64,000 nt of DNA, from the NCBI GenBank assembly GCA_963708295.1, contig CAVPSJ010000004.1:512001-576000 (forward strand), written 5' to 3'. Origin of the DNA: an uncultured delta proteobacterium. Its GTDB lineage: Bacteria; Desulfobacterota; BSN033; UBA1163. Position numbers and translations under genes: made by a program. Shown piece after piece: positions 31,821 to 42,330 of the stretch. Numbering within the stretch: the first letter of the stretch is position 1; each line of letters opens with the position of its first letter. Below the pieces are notes generated by a model, which searched no databases, had not been told where the DNA came from, and saw only the letters and a program-made list of their open reading frames with translations.

Positions 31821-32177
31821 ATGCTGGTCGAGTATTTCGCCATTCTCGTCTATGTTGCCATCGCCGTTGTTTTCGCCCTCTTCACCATTGCCGCTTCCGC
31901 TCTCTTGGGTCAGAGAAAACCCACGGCTCTCAAACAATCCCCTTACGAATGCGGGATGACGACGGTTGGCTCAAGCTTCCGCAGGATACCGGTCAAGTAC
32001 TACATTATCGCCATGCTTTTTCTTCTGTTTGATATCGAGGTCGTTTTCCTCTACCCGTGGGCGGTGGTTTTCAAAGAATTTAAGGTCTTTGCCTTTATCT
32101 CCATGGCGGTCTTTATTGGAATCTTGCTCATCGCGTATGTCTACATCTGGAAAAAAGGAGCATTGGAATGGGAATAG
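31821..32177 (+). CDS. nuoA: NADH-quinone oxidoreductase subunit A
   Basis: [20 protein letters not shown] and KGALEW motifs. Confidence 0.95.
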   Translation: MLVEYFAILVYVAIAVVFALFTIAASALLGQRKPTALKQSPYECGMTTVGSSFRRIPVKYYIIAMLFLLFDIEVVFLYPWAVVFKEFKVFAFISMAVFIGILLIAYVYIWKKGALEWE

Positions 32178-32674
32178 AAACTTATCTTGAAAAAACCCCT
32201 TTGATGCCCGCCTTAGATTGGATCGTCAACTGGGGACGAAAATATTCGATCTGGCCAGTGACCTTTGGTTTAGCCTGCTGCGCCTTGGAAATGATGGTTG
32301 CCAGTATGGCGAACTGGGATATTGCTCGATTCGGTTCAGAGGTCTTCCGACCCTCTCCTCGACAATCGGACTTGATGATCGTGGCAGGAACCCTGACCAA
32401 AAAGATGGCCCCCATGGTTAAGCGCATCTACGAACAGATGCCAGAGCCCAAGTGGGTCATCGCGTTTGGAGCCTGTGCCTGCTCGGGTGGAATCTTCAAA
32501 ACATACAGCGTCGTTCAAGGAGTGGACCAGATTATACCCGTCGATTTCTATGTTCCGGGCTGTCCCCCTAAACCGGAGGCATTGCTGGCAGCGCTGGTGA
32601 AACTTCAGAAGAAGATCGAGACCGAGAGCCTGTTGGATCGAAAGAATGTTCGAAGTACCCTTGAAATGAAATAG
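32168..32674 (+). CDS. nuoB: NADH-quinone oxidoreductase subunit B
   Basis: [25 protein letters not shown] and PGCPP motifs. Confidence 0.95.
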   Translation: MGIETYLEKTPLMPALDWIVNWGRKYSIWPVTFGLACCALEMMVASMANWDIARFGSEVFRPSPRQSDLMIVAGTLTKKMAPMVKRIYEQMPEPKWVIAFGACACSGGIFKTYSVVQGVDQIIPVDFYVPGCPPKPEALLAALVKLQKKIETESLLDRKNVRSTLEMK

Positions 32675-32782
32675 ATTTTATATGACGGATTCATCACTCA
32701 TGAACTGTGAAAATTATAAATTCCCCCTCGCCCCCCCTTTAGTAAAGGAGAGTTGGGGGATTTGGGAAGGGAAGGAAAGGCA

Positions 32783-33271
32783 ATGACCGAGATCAATTTC
32801 ACCATAAAGAAATTAAAAGAAAGATTTGTTAATTCTAATTTAGAGGTGACGACTTTTCGCGGAGAAGTCACCGTGACGGTATCGAAAAAAGAGATTTTTG
32901 AAATCTGTAAATTTCTCCATTCGGACCCAGATCTCCAGTACCGCCTCCTCACCGATCTCTGTGGCCTCGACTTCTTCCCAGAAACCCCCCGTTTTGGAGC
33001 CGTCTACCATCTTTGTTCACTGAAGGGCAATCAACGGCTGAGGGTAAAGACGAGGGTCGGAGAGATGGAATCGATTCCAAGCGTGGAATCGATCTGGAAG
33101 GTAGCAAACTGGTATGAACGGGAGGCCTATGACCTCTTCGGGATTCGTTTCGAAAATCATCCTGACCTGAGAAGAATTCTACTCTGGGAGGGTTATGAAG
33201 GCCACCCTTTAAGGAAAGACTACCCCGCGGAAGGGCCGGATTTCGATAAACCTTTTGTCCCCGAGGTTTGA
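32783..33271 (+). CDS. nuoC: NADH-quinone oxidoreductase subunit C
   Basis: [30 protein letters not shown]. Confidence 0.95.
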   Translation: MTEINFTIKKLKERFVNSNLEVTTFRGEVTVTVSKKEIFEICKFLHSDPDLQYRLLTDLCGLDFFPETPRFGAVYHLCSLKGNQRLRVKTRVGEMESIPSVESIWKVANWYEREAYDLFGIRFENHPDLRRILLWEGYEGHPLRKDYPAEGPDFDKPFVPEV

Positions 33272-33383
33272 CCCTTCGGCGTCCTGCAAGCCTCGCCTTC
33301 TCGGGCGGCCCGGTAAAGCTAGCGCTCAGGGTCAACCCTGAGCAAATTACGGCCTTCAGGCCATTATGTCGAATGGGGTTGAC

Positions 33384-34556
33384 ATGGCAGAGACACGGTT
33401 AATGACCATCAATATGGGACCTCAACACCCGGCAACCCACGGAGTGTTGAGGGTTGTGTTGGAATTGGATGGAGAGGTGATCGTCAAGGCAACCCCCGAT
33501 ATCGGGCATCTTCACCGGGGGGTAGAGAAACTGGCTGAAACCAAAACCTACCATCAATCGATTCCTTTGACCGATCGTTTGGATTACACCAATGCGATGG
33601 GCAATAACTTAGCGTATGTTCTGGCGGTCGAGAAACTCCTGGGCCTTGAGGTGCCTAAACGGGCTCAATATCTAAGGGTCCTGATGGCCGAACTCCAGAG
33701 GATTGCTGCCCACCTGATCTGGTTGGGGACGCATGTGCTGGACATGGGAGCGATCACTCCCATCTTTTATACCTTCCGGGAAAGGGAGGCTATTCTCAGG
33801 ATCTTTGAGGAAGTGGCCGGAGGAAGGCTCACTCCGACCTATCTGAGAATCGGCGGGGTTTCCAAAGACCTTCCGGAAGGGATCGAAGAGAAGATCAAGG
33901 CATTCGTCCAGACCTTTCCCGACCATGTGAAGGAATATGAAACCCTGCTGACAAAGAACGTGATCTGGATGAAACGGACCAAGGACGTTGGAGTCATTTC
34001 CCAGGAAGATGCGTTGAGCTGGGGAGTCACGGGCCCAACCTTACGGGGGAGCGGAGAAAAATACGATGTGAGAAAAGCTTTTCCTTATTCGAGTTATGAA
34101 GAATTCAATTTCGATATTCCCATCGGTTCTGTTGGGGATGTCTACGATCGGTACATCGTGCGTTTGCGAGAGATGGAATGGTCGAATGCTATTGTGGAAC
34201 AGGCGTTGGAACGGCTGCCAAAGGGGCCCATCATCACGAACGATCCGCGGATTACCCTTCCGCCGAAGGAAGATGTGGTGACGGATATCGGCGCATTGAT
34301 CCGGCAGTTTAAGATTGTCTCCGAGGGATTCCAGCCGCCCAAAGGCGAAGTCTATGCAAGCGTAGAGGCCTCCAAAGGGGAATTAGGATTCTACATTGTC
34401 AGTGACGGATCGAACCATCCGTTCCGATTCAGGATTCGAACCCCTTCTTTCGCCAACTTGAGCGCCCTCCCGAGGATGGTCGAAGGGAGCCTCATCGCGG
34501 ACGTGATCTCAACCATCGGGAGCATTGACATCGTTCTGGGAGAAATCGATCGGTAA
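33384..34556 (+). CDS. nuoD: NADH-quinone oxidoreductase subunit D
   Basis: NMGPQHPATHGVLR, LHRGVEK, DRLDY and GEIDR; no NiFe CxxC motifs. Confidence 0.95.
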   Translation: MAETRLMTINMGPQHPATHGVLRVVLELDGEVIVKATPDIGHLHRGVEKLAETKTYHQSIPLTDRLDYTNAMGNNLAYVLAVEKLLGLEVPKRAQYLRVLMAELQRIAAHLIWLGTHVLDMGAITPIFYTFREREAILRIFEEVAGGRLTPTYLRIGGVSKDLPEGIEEKIKAFVQTFPDHVKEYETLLTKNVIWMKRTKDVGVISQEDALSWGVTGPTLRGSGEKYDVRKAFPYSSYEEFNFDIPIGSVGDVYDRYIVRLREMEWSNAIVEQALERLPKGPIITNDPRITLPPKEDVVTDIGALIRQFKIVSEGFQPPKGEVYASVEASKGELGFYIVSDGSNHPFRFRIRTPSFANLSALPRMVEGSLIADVISTIGSIDIVLGEIDR

Positions 34557-34570
34557 TAAATAGATAAACT

Positions 34571-34692
34571 CCAAATTCGAAGCACGAAGCTCGAAACAAG
34601 CACGAATGATTAAAATATAAATATCCAAAAAAAACTTTTGAATTTTGAAATTTGGAATTGTTTCGGATTTTGATATTCGGATTTCGGATTTT
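34571..34692. repeat. Palindromic 7-nt-periodic element, copy 1
   Basis: AAATTCGAAGCACGAA...TTTCGGATTTTGATATTCGGATTTCGGATTT; related copies at 36.7 and 46.0 kb. Confidence 0.8.
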
Positions 34693-34711
34693 CCTGAAAT
34701 GAGAGGTTCTT

Positions 34712-36664
34712 ATGACGGACATTCTTTTTAGCAGTTGGGGTGGGGTGGTCACAGACAATCGAGGGAAACCCGAGGCAGAAAGGCAACCCGCTGCAGCGCT
34801 CAATCTTCCCCTGGAATTTGACAAAGAGACAAAGATCAAGGCTTTCATCGGGTGGGATGGGATTGTCATCAGGGACACGGAAGTGAATATCGTCGATTTG
34901 ATCCGGGCTTACCTTGAAGCCGTCCAAAACGAATCCTGCGGGAAGTGTACGCCCTGCCGGGTAGGGACTCGAGTCATGGCGACCCTTGTGAATCGGATTG
35001 CCGATGGTCAAGGCCAGGTGGATGACTTAAAGCAATTGAAATACTTGGGGGAGACCATTCAGAAGAGCTCCAAATGCAACCTCGGGCAGACGGGTCCGAA
35101 GCCTGTCCTGGATGCCGTCGATCATTTTGAAGACCAATTCTCCGGCGCGATCCAATTGCAGAAAAAGATTCCTCGCCTTGAGTATAAAATCAAGGTAACC
35201 GCACCCTGCGAAAGCGCCTGTCCTTCTCATCTCCCCATTACCCGTTATATCGAACTGATCAAAGAAGGAAGGTTTGAGGAATCCCTGGCTGCCATCCGGG
35301 GGGCGACCTGTCTGGCCGGAATCCTGGGAAGGGTTTGTGTCCGTCCCTGCGAAGACAACTGCCGCCGGGGAAATGTGGATGAATGCATCTCCATTAAATG
35401 GCTGAAGCGGTTTGTCGCGGATTATGAGCTGGAAAAGAGGAAAGATCCTTTCGTTAAGAAAGAGGAAATGCGTTCAGAAAAAGTGGCCGTCATCGGCGCG
35501 GGTCCTGCCGGGCTTTCCTGCGCTTACTACCTTGCCCTTAAAGGTTACCCCGTGACCATCTTCGAAAGATTAGGCGAGCCGGGTGGAATGGCAGCCCTGG
35601 GGATTCCCGACTATCGTCTCCCGAGAAATATTGTTGGGTATGAAGCGGAGACGGTAAAAGGATTAGGAGTCGAGATTCGGTATAACACTCAGGTGGGAAA
35701 GGATATTACCCTTTCTCAGATGTTTGAGCAAGGCTATAAAGCCATCTTCATCGGTGTGGGAGCTCAGACCAATACGCCCATGGGGGTCGAGGGAGAGGAT
35801 AAGGGGTATAAAGGATTCATTCCGGGCGTTTATTACCTCCTGGAGATCAATCTGGGAAGAGACCCCTACCCTGAAGGCAAGCGGGTTGTGGTGGTCGGGG
35901 GTGGAAACGTAGCCATTGACTGTGTCCGCTCCTCTTTTCGTATCGGCAAGCCGGATGTCAATCTGGTTTATCGAAGGACGAAAAAGGAGATGCCCGCCGA
36001 TCATGTGGAAATCCATGATGCAGAGGAAGAAGGTGTGAAGTTCCATTACCTCTGTAATCCCGTCCGGATCGTCGAGAAGGAGGGAAAAGTTGTTGGCATG
36101 GAGTGTATCCGGATGGAGTTGGGAGAGCCGGATGAGAGCGGAAGGCGAAGACCGGTCCCGATCAAGGGTTCAGAATTTTTCATCGAAGCCGATATTGCCA
36201 TCCCGGCCATCGGTCAGGCCATTGACCTCTCGTTCCTCGAAGAGACAGACGGGGTGAAGACGACGAGGCGATCTACTGTCGCCATCCAGGAGGGAACCTT
36301 CATGACAAGCCGTCCGGGAATCTTTTCCGCGGGGGATTGCGTGACCGGTCCCGACGTGCTTGTGCGCGCCGCGGGTCACGGAAAGAGAGCCGCTGACAAG
36401 ATCGACCTCTTCCTTCGGGGGATAGAAGTGAAGGAATCTGAAGAAGAGCGCCTGGAGGCCCTGGTGGAGAAGATTAAGGTTTATAACAAGAATGAAAAGA
36501 TTGGAATCTCCGGTGGGCAGAAGAGGGCCGTGTTGAACCTGCTTCCTCCGGATTCGAGAAAATGGATCTTCGACGAAGTGGAGGAAGGATTCTCTATTCC
36601 GGTGGCACAGAAGGAAGCGGAGCGCTGTCTCCGATGTGTAAGAATCGGGTTATTTGCAATTTAA
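34712..36664 (+). CDS. SfrB-like FAD/Fe-S NAD(P)H oxidoreductase (NuoF C-terminal 4Fe-4S domain plus GltD-like domain)
   Basis: FSSWG..VTDNR, AFIGWDG, ESCGKCTPC, MGVEGEDKGYKGF, YRRT and EAERCLRC, as I recall in Geobacter SfrB. Confidence 0.85.
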   Translation: MTDILFSSWGGVVTDNRGKPEAERQPAAALNLPLEFDKETKIKAFIGWDGIVIRDTEVNIVDLIRAYLEAVQNESCGKCTPCRVGTRVMATLVNRIADGQGQVDDLKQLKYLGETIQKSSKCNLGQTGPKPVLDAVDHFEDQFSGAIQLQKKIPRLEYKIKVTAPCESACPSHLPITRYIELIKEGRFEESLAAIRGATCLAGILGRVCVRPCEDNCRRGNVDECISIKWLKRFVADYELEKRKDPFVKKEEMRSEKVAVIGAGPAGLSCAYYLALKGYPVTIFERLGEPGGMAALGIPDYRLPRNIVGYEAETVKGLGVEIRYNTQVGKDITLSQMFEQGYKAIFIGVGAQTNTPMGVEGEDKGYKGFIPGVYYLLEINLGRDPYPEGKRVVVVGGGNVAIDCVRSSFRIGKPDVNLVYRRTKKEMPADHVEIHDAEEEGVKFHYLCNPVRIVEKEGKVVGMECIRMELGEPDESGRRRPVPIKGSEFFIEADIAIPAIGQAIDLSFLEETDGVKTTRRSTVAIQEGTFMTSRPGIFSAGDCVTGPDVLVRAAGHGKRAADKIDLFLRGIEVKESEEERLEALVEKIKVYNKNEKIGISGGQKRAVLNLLPPDSRKWIFDEVEEGFSIPVAQKEAERCLRCVRIGLFAI

Positions 36665-36670
36665 GGGGAT

Positions 36671-36816
36671 TCAAATTCGAAGCACGAAATCCGAAATTCG
36701 AAACAAGCACGAATGTTCAAAATTCAAATGACTCAAACGAACACACATTGTCTAAAACTTTGAGTTTCGGATTTAGGATTTGTTTCGGATTTCGATATTC
36801 GGATTTCGGATTTTCG
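36671..36816. repeat. Palindromic 7-nt-periodic element, copy 2
   Basis: AAATTCGAAGCACGAAATCCGAAATTCGAAACAA...TTGTTTCGGATTTCGATATTCGGATTTCGGATTT. Confidence 0.85.
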
Positions 36817-36838
36817 AAGCTGGAGGCTGGTACAAAGC

Positions 36839-39465
36839 ATGCTGAAGCTAACCATTGATGGGAAAGAAGTGACGGGAAGGCGTGATCAAACGATCTATCA
36901 GGTGGCCAAAGAAAATGGGATCTATATTCCTACCCTGTGTTTTCACCCCAGATTGAGTCTGCTCAAGTCCTGCCGTATCTGTTTGGTCGATGTCCAGGGT
37001 GCGGAGATGCCCATGGCCTCTTGTGCAACGCCCGTGGTGGAGGGCATGGTGGTTCAAACCCGCACGGAGCGCGTCGAAAAGATGAGGCTGGAGGCTTTGA
37101 AGTTATTGTTGGTCAACCATCCTTTGGACTGTCCCGTGTGCGATGCCGGAGGAGAATGCCAGCTCCAGAACCGAACCTATGAATTCGGGATTCAAAAAAA
37201 CGAGTATCCTCCGGAGAAAAGAGAGTTTCCCTCCATCCCTTACGGGACTCCGTTGATCCGGCAATGGTTTGATCGTTGCGTGATGTGTCTCCGCTGCATC
37301 CAGGCCTGCGTGGATGTGCCGGGAGCGGATGTTCTCGAGGTGGCGGAGCATGGTTTTCCCTCCCATGTGAAAGCGGTTCGGAAAGAAAACTGCATCTCCT
37401 GCGGAGAATGCCTCCATATGTGTCCGGTGGGCGCTTTGACCGAGAACCTCAGCCCCTCAAAGGACGGACATGGCAACTGGATAGAATCCAGACCACCTGC
37501 ACTTTCTGCGGGTGCGGTTGCCAGCTCGAGCTGAATACCCTCGCCGACAGGAAAGTAGTCAAGGTGACCACGAAAGGGGAGGCAGGAGTCAATCATGGGA
37601 GCCTTTGTGTCAAGGGAAGATTCGGTTTTGATTTCATCCATCATCCGGACAGACTTCAAAAACCGCTTATCAAAAAATCCGGGATTTTTGTGGAGGCCTC
37701 CTGGGAAGAGGCCCTGGGTTTGGTCGCTACAAAACTTCAAGAAATAAAGAATAAGTACGGTGCCCAGAGCATCGGAGGGATTTCTCCCTCCAGGGGAACC
37801 AATGAGGAGAACTACCTCTTCCAGAAATGGATGAGGGCCTGCGTCGGGACAAACAATATCGATAATGGTGCCCGACTGTCCAGCGGGTCCTCTCTTTCCG
37901 GAATGATGGCCTCCACGGGATGGGGGGCGATGACTCATGCGATGGACGATGTAGCCAAGGCCGACCTCATCCTTATCGTCGGTGCAGACGCGTATGATGA
38001 CAACCTGATCTTTAGCAATAAGATGAGAAAAGCCATCCGTGAGAGGAATGCTAAAGTCATCCTGGTCGATCCTCGGAAGACCCAATGGGAAAAATGGGCT
38101 GACTTCTGGCTGAGACCTCTCCCGGGGACGGATATCGCATGGATCAACGGCCTGATTCGTCTCCTGATCGAAAAAGGGGTTTCTTCAAAAGAATTCGTCG
38201 AATCCAAGACGGAAGGTTTTGAAACCCTGCGGTTTTCTTTAGAGAAATTCTCTCCCGAGTTTGTCAAAAATACTTCAGGAATCTCTCCCGCAGAATTGGA
38301 GGGAGTCGCCAACCTTTATCTGTCGGCGAAAAAGAGGGCGATTGTTTTTGGATCCGGGGTGACCCAACATACTTATGGAACGGAGATCGTAAAAGCCCTC
38401 TGCAACCTGGCCCTGCTGACGGGAGAGACAGAAGAGGGAGGCGGGGGCGTCTATCCGATGCTCACCCAGAACAATGCCCAAGGGGCTTTTGATATGGGTT
38501 CTCTTTCCGAATTCCTCCCCGGTTATCAGAGGGTGGAAGACGAAAAGGCGCGCAGGAAGTTCGAGGAGATCTGGGAGAGGGAAATTCCAGAGAAAACAGG
38601 CCTCACCTCCGTGGAGATGTTCGACACGATTCTGGAAGGGAAGATCAAGGCCCTCTATATCTTCGGCGAAGACCCTTTCGTCAACCTTCCCAACTTGGAG
38701 AGACTCAAGAACGGACTCCATCAATTGGAATTCTTAGTGGTTCAGGATCTTTTCATGACCCACATCGGAAGCTACGCCCAGGTGATTTTGCCGGGGGTGA
38801 GCTTTGCCGAGAAGGATGGAACCTTCACCAGCATGGAGAGAAGGGTTCAAAGGGTGCGAAAGGCCATCTCGCCGGTCGGAGATTCCAGGCCGGACTGGAA
38901 GATTCTCTGCGACCTCTCGACGGCGATGGGTTATTCCATGGGATATCAGAGCCCCGCGGAGATTATGGACGAAATTGCTTCTCTGGTACCCATCTATGCC
39001 GGAATGAGTTACTCCAACCTTGAGAAGGGCGGAATACAGTGGCCCCTAGAGGGTGGCCGGAAACGGAGATTCTTCCCTGTGGAATACCGCGGGCCAGCAG
39101 AGCAGCCCGATGACAAATATCCTTTGTGGATCATTCCCAGAGGGTTTCACTACCATTACGGGATCGGGACGACGACCCAAAGGGCCGTGGGCTTAGCCAA
39201 GGTCTATGCGGATTCCTGCGTCGAAGTCCATCCCGGGGATGCCACCCGAGCAGGACTGGGAGATGGGGACAGGGTAAAGGTCATTTCACCCAGAGGTGAG
39301 GTGGAGACGAGCTGCAAGATTTCCGGAGCCGTCCCCAAAGGAGTCGCTTACTTTGCCACGACCTTTTTCCCTGTTTTTGTCAATAACCTGATCGCCTCCG
39401 GCGATGAATCTACGAATCAACAACCTGAATACAAAGTCTTTATCGGAAGGATAGAGAAAAGGTAG
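36839..39465 (+). CDS. SfrA/NuoG-like Fe-S, molybdopterin-fold subunit (one frameshift near 37455)
   Basis: LVNHPLDCPVCDAGGEC, CISCGECLHMCP and CTFCGCGC; NIDNGARLSSG lacks the Cys/Sec-His. Confidence 0.85.
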
Positions 39466-39474
39466 AGCAAGCTC

Positions 39475-39570
39475 TTGATTACACAGATTTCAAAAATGAT
39501 TAAGCAGATTTTCTTTGTTTTCTATAGATTATTCATCTGTGTAATCTTTCTATGATCGGTGTAATCAGAA
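39475..39570. repeat. Palindromic GATTACACAGAT-type intergenic element
   Basis: GATTACACAGAT and GATTAAGCAGAT are complementary to ATCTGTGTAATC and ATCGGTGTAATC. Confidence 0.7.
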
Positions 39571-39611
39571 ATTTCTGGATTTGTTCAGAAATTTTATAGA
39601 GGAGAAGCTGG

Positions 39612-40631
39612 ATGGAACTGTTATATCTTCTCATTGAAATCATCATAAAATGCGTGGTGGTTTTTGGCGGCCTGATGCTCGTCGTAGCCTATATGACGCT
39701 GATGGAAAGGAAGGTTTTGGGCCGTATCCAGGTTCGTTTTGGCCCGAATCGCTGCGGCCCCTATGGATTGCTCCAGCCCTTTTCAGATGCGGTCAAAGCC
39801 TTCTTTAAGGAGGATCTGGTTCCCGGAAGGGCGGACAAAGTCGTTTTCGTCCTGGCTCCGACGATCTCGATGATTGCAGCCGTCAGCCTCTTTGCAGTCA
39901 TTCCCTTCGGTGATCAGTTTACCGTTCCTTGGACGAATTGGGTGGTGAAGCTGCGAATCGCCGACATCGACGTGGGGCTTCTCTATGTCTTCGGCATCGT
40001 CTCTTTGGGAGAGTTCGGGATCATCTTAGGGGGCGGGTCTTCGGGGAATAAGTATGGTTTGATAGGTTCCCTTCGAGCAGCGGCTCAGATGATCAGTTAC
40101 GAAACGGCTCTCGGCATCTCGATCGTCGGCGTCCTCATTCTCTCACAGAGTTTGAGCCTCACGGAGATCGTCAAGGTTCAAGGAGGCGGGTTCTGGAATT
40201 GGAATATCTGGTATCAGCCGGTGGCCTTCATGCTTTATCTGATTTGCGGCCTGGCTGAGATCAACCGGGTTCCCTTTGATATGCCCGAAGCGGAGGCCGA
40301 GCTGGCTTGCGGGTTCAACATCGAATACAGCAGCATGAAATTTGCCCTCTTCTTCATGGCCGAGTACGCGCATATGGTGGGGTTGGGCGCTGTCGTCGTG
40401 ACGCTCTTCCTGGGAGGATGGCAGCCGATCCTTCCTCAGCTTGGTTTCATTCCCGGTATCTTCTGGTTCTGCGGGAAGCTCTTTATTATCCTCTTCTTCT
40501 TCATCTGGGAACGAGGAACCATGCCGCGACTCCGATACGATCAGATCATGAAGTTTGGATGGAAGGTTTTGATTCCTCTGGCGCTCATTAATCTTGTCAT
40601 CACAGGGCTGGTCGTTTCACTGAAAGGGTGA
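39612..40631 (+). CDS. nuoH: NADH-quinone oxidoreductase subunit H
   Basis: ERKVLGRIQ.R.GPN, AQMISYE and NRVPFDMPEAEAEL motifs. Confidence 0.95.
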   Translation: MELLYLLIEIIIKCVVVFGGLMLVVAYMTLMERKVLGRIQVRFGPNRCGPYGLLQPFSDAVKAFFKEDLVPGRADKVVFVLAPTISMIAAVSLFAVIPFGDQFTVPWTNWVVKLRIADIDVGLLYVFGIVSLGEFGIILGGGSSGNKYGLIGSLRAAAQMISYETALGISIVGVLILSQSLSLTEIVKVQGGGFWNWNIWYQPVAFMLYLICGLAEINRVPFDMPEAEAELACGFNIEYSSMKFALFFMAEYAHMVGLGAVVVTLFLGGWQPILPQLGFIPGIFWFCGKLFIILFFFIWERGTMPRLRYDQIMKFGWKVLIPLALINLVITGLVVSLKG

Positions 40632-40646
40632 GGAAAGAGGTCGACC

Positions 40647-41060
40647 ATGATCATTCCAATATTAAAGGGTTTAGCATTCACTTTGAACCGGTTCTTCTCT
40701 AAGCCCATCACGGTTCAATATCCTGAGGAAAAAATTCCTCCGGCGAAACGTTGGAGAGGCATTCAATTTTTTGAAAAGGATGAGCGCGGGAAGACCAAGT
40801 GTGTGGCCTGCGGCCTCTGCATGGTCGTCTGTCCTTCTCAATGCATCTCTATCGAGACTGCCGAGGATGAAGAGGGGAGACGCTACCCACTCACCTACGA
40901 ACTGGACGCCACTCGATGTATTTTTTGTGGCTTCTGCGAAGAAGCATGCCCGGTGAATGCCATCTTTATGGGAAAGACCTACGAATGGGTGGAATCGCGA
41001 CGGAAACCCTTACTCATGGATACCGAGAAACTTTTGGAAGAAAAAAAGGTTAATCCGTAG
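40647..41060 (+). CDS. nuoI: NADH-quinone oxidoreductase subunit I
   Basis: CVACGLCMVVCP and CIFCGFCEEACP. Confidence 0.95.
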   Translation: MIIPILKGLAFTLNRFFSKPITVQYPEEKIPPAKRWRGIQFFEKDERGKTKCVACGLCMVVCPSQCISIETAEDEEGRRYPLTYELDATRCIFCGFCEEACPVNAIFMGKTYEWVESRRKPLLMDTEKLLEEKKVNP

Positions 41061-41064
41061 TTCA

Positions 41065-41320
41065 AATCCCTTTCCCCCCCCTTTTGTAAAGGGAAGGTGT
41101 GAAGAAATTGGTTTGGTGCTGTTTCACGTCATTCCGGCCCCGATTTTCATCGGGATAAACTCCAGCCGGGCGACCGAAGGGAGGCGAAGTGAGCGAAGCG
41201 AGCGAGCACATCCAGTCTCTCATGAGGTTACAAATACTCTGGACGCCGGTTTTCACCGGGGAGACGAAAACAGATACAGTGTGATTTTTTCACAGCTTCA
41301 GGGGGATGAAGGGGGATTTT
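41065..41320. repeat. Nested composite of palindromic elements
   Basis: Outer C-rich/G-rich arms, then GAAGGTGTGAAGAAA / TTTTTCACAGCTTC arms, then an inner GTCATTCCGG...ATCCAG...CTGGACGCCGG element. Confidence 0.65.
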
Positions 41321-41339
41321 AGAACACAGGAGGCAAGGA

Positions 41340-41867
41340 ATGCCTGAGAATATCGTGACCCTATTTCAATGGTTGATCTTTTTGGGAGCGGCTTTTGGTT
41401 CCATCATCGCCTCCTTGTTGGTGATTACCCGAAAGAACCCTATTCACAGCGCTCTTTTTCTAGTGTTCACCTTCCTCTGCGTGTCGGTGCTTTACGTGCT
41501 CCTTTACCAACAATTTATGTTCATCATCCAGATTTTCGTTTACGCCGGTGCCATCGTGATGTTGATCGTCTTTGTCCTCATGCTTCTGGACCTGGAGGTA
41601 GAGCTTCGATCCGGGCTAAAACTTTTCTATTCGAAGGCGATCGGGGGCGTGCTGGCTGTTCTTTTTCTCTTCGGGATCATCTATTCTGTCGTGGCGAAGT
41701 CCCCGACGGGAGCGGTGGGGTCCTATGCACCGGATAAATTGAGCGGCAATGTGAAGGCGGTCGGCGAGATGCTTTTTACTCAATATCTTTTCCCCTTTGA
41801 AATCGTCTCTGTCCTTCTCGCGGCAGCCATCGTCGGAGCGGTCATTTTGAGTAAGAAAAGAACATAG
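41340..41867 (+). CDS. nuoJ: NADH-quinone oxidoreductase subunit J
   Basis: NPIHSAL, VYAGAIVML and LFPFE motifs. Confidence 0.95.
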   Translation: MPENIVTLFQWLIFLGAAFGSIIASLLVITRKNPIHSALFLVFTFLCVSVLYVLLYQQFMFIIQIFVYAGAIVMLIVFVLMLLDLEVELRSGLKLFYSKAIGGVLAVLFLFGIIYSVVAKSPTGAVGSYAPDKLSGNVKAVGEMLFTQYLFPFEIVSVLLAAAIVGAVILSKKRT

Positions 41868-41952
41868 GTAAAGATTCATGACCAATGGTCAGTGATCCAT
41901 TTTCAATGACCATTGACCAATGACAGACAAATGATAATTGAGTGAGGTCACT

Positions 41953-42267
41953 ATGACAATCCCGAACGTTCCCCCTGAATGTTATCTGGTCTTGAGCGGA
42001 ATACTCTTCACGATCGGAGTGATCGGAGCCTTGACCCGGCGAAATGCGATCGTGGTCTTTATGTGCATCGAGTTGATGCTCAATGCCGTGAACATTTCTT
42101 TCGTTGCCCTATCCCGTTTTCTCCAATCCCTGGATGGGGTCCTCTTTGCCTTCTTTGTCATAGCGGTCGCAGCGGCGGAGGCAGCCGTTGGGCTGGCAAT
42201 CTTTGTGATGATCTATCGCTCGAGAGAAACGATCAATGTGGATGAATTCAATATATTGAAGTGGTGA
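41953..42267 (+). CDS. nuoK: NADH-quinone oxidoreductase subunit K
   Basis: [16 protein letters not shown] and [10 protein letters not shown]. Confidence 0.95.
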   Translation: MTIPNVPPECYLVLSGILFTIGVIGALTRRNAIVVFMCIELMLNAVNISFVALSRFLQSLDGVLFAFFVIAVAAAEAAVGLAIFVMIYRSRETINVDEFNILKW

Positions 42268-42315
42268 CCCTCTCCCCATCCTCCCCCTTTGAGGGGGAGG
42301 GAAAGGGTGGGGGGA
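42268..42315. repeat. C-rich/G-rich hairpin element (related copies near 32721, 44323 and 47695)
   Basis: CCCTCTCCCCATCCTCCCCCTTTGAGGGGGAGGGAAAGGGTGGGGG. Confidence 0.7.
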
Positions 42316-42330
42316 TGAGAGGAGTCTTTC

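Noticed and set aside
33384-34556. Group 4 NiFe hydrogenase large subunit
   Set aside because: It has no CxxC ligands, and NuoD quinone-site motifs are present.
19598-37500. Many frameshifts (TPR protein, nfo, fdhA, NuoF-GltD fusion, SfrA-like) as programmed frameshifting or pseudogenisation
   Set aside because: They are single-base indels, often in short homopolymers, in otherwise intact genes. Sequencing error is the simplest explanation, though this needs a read check.
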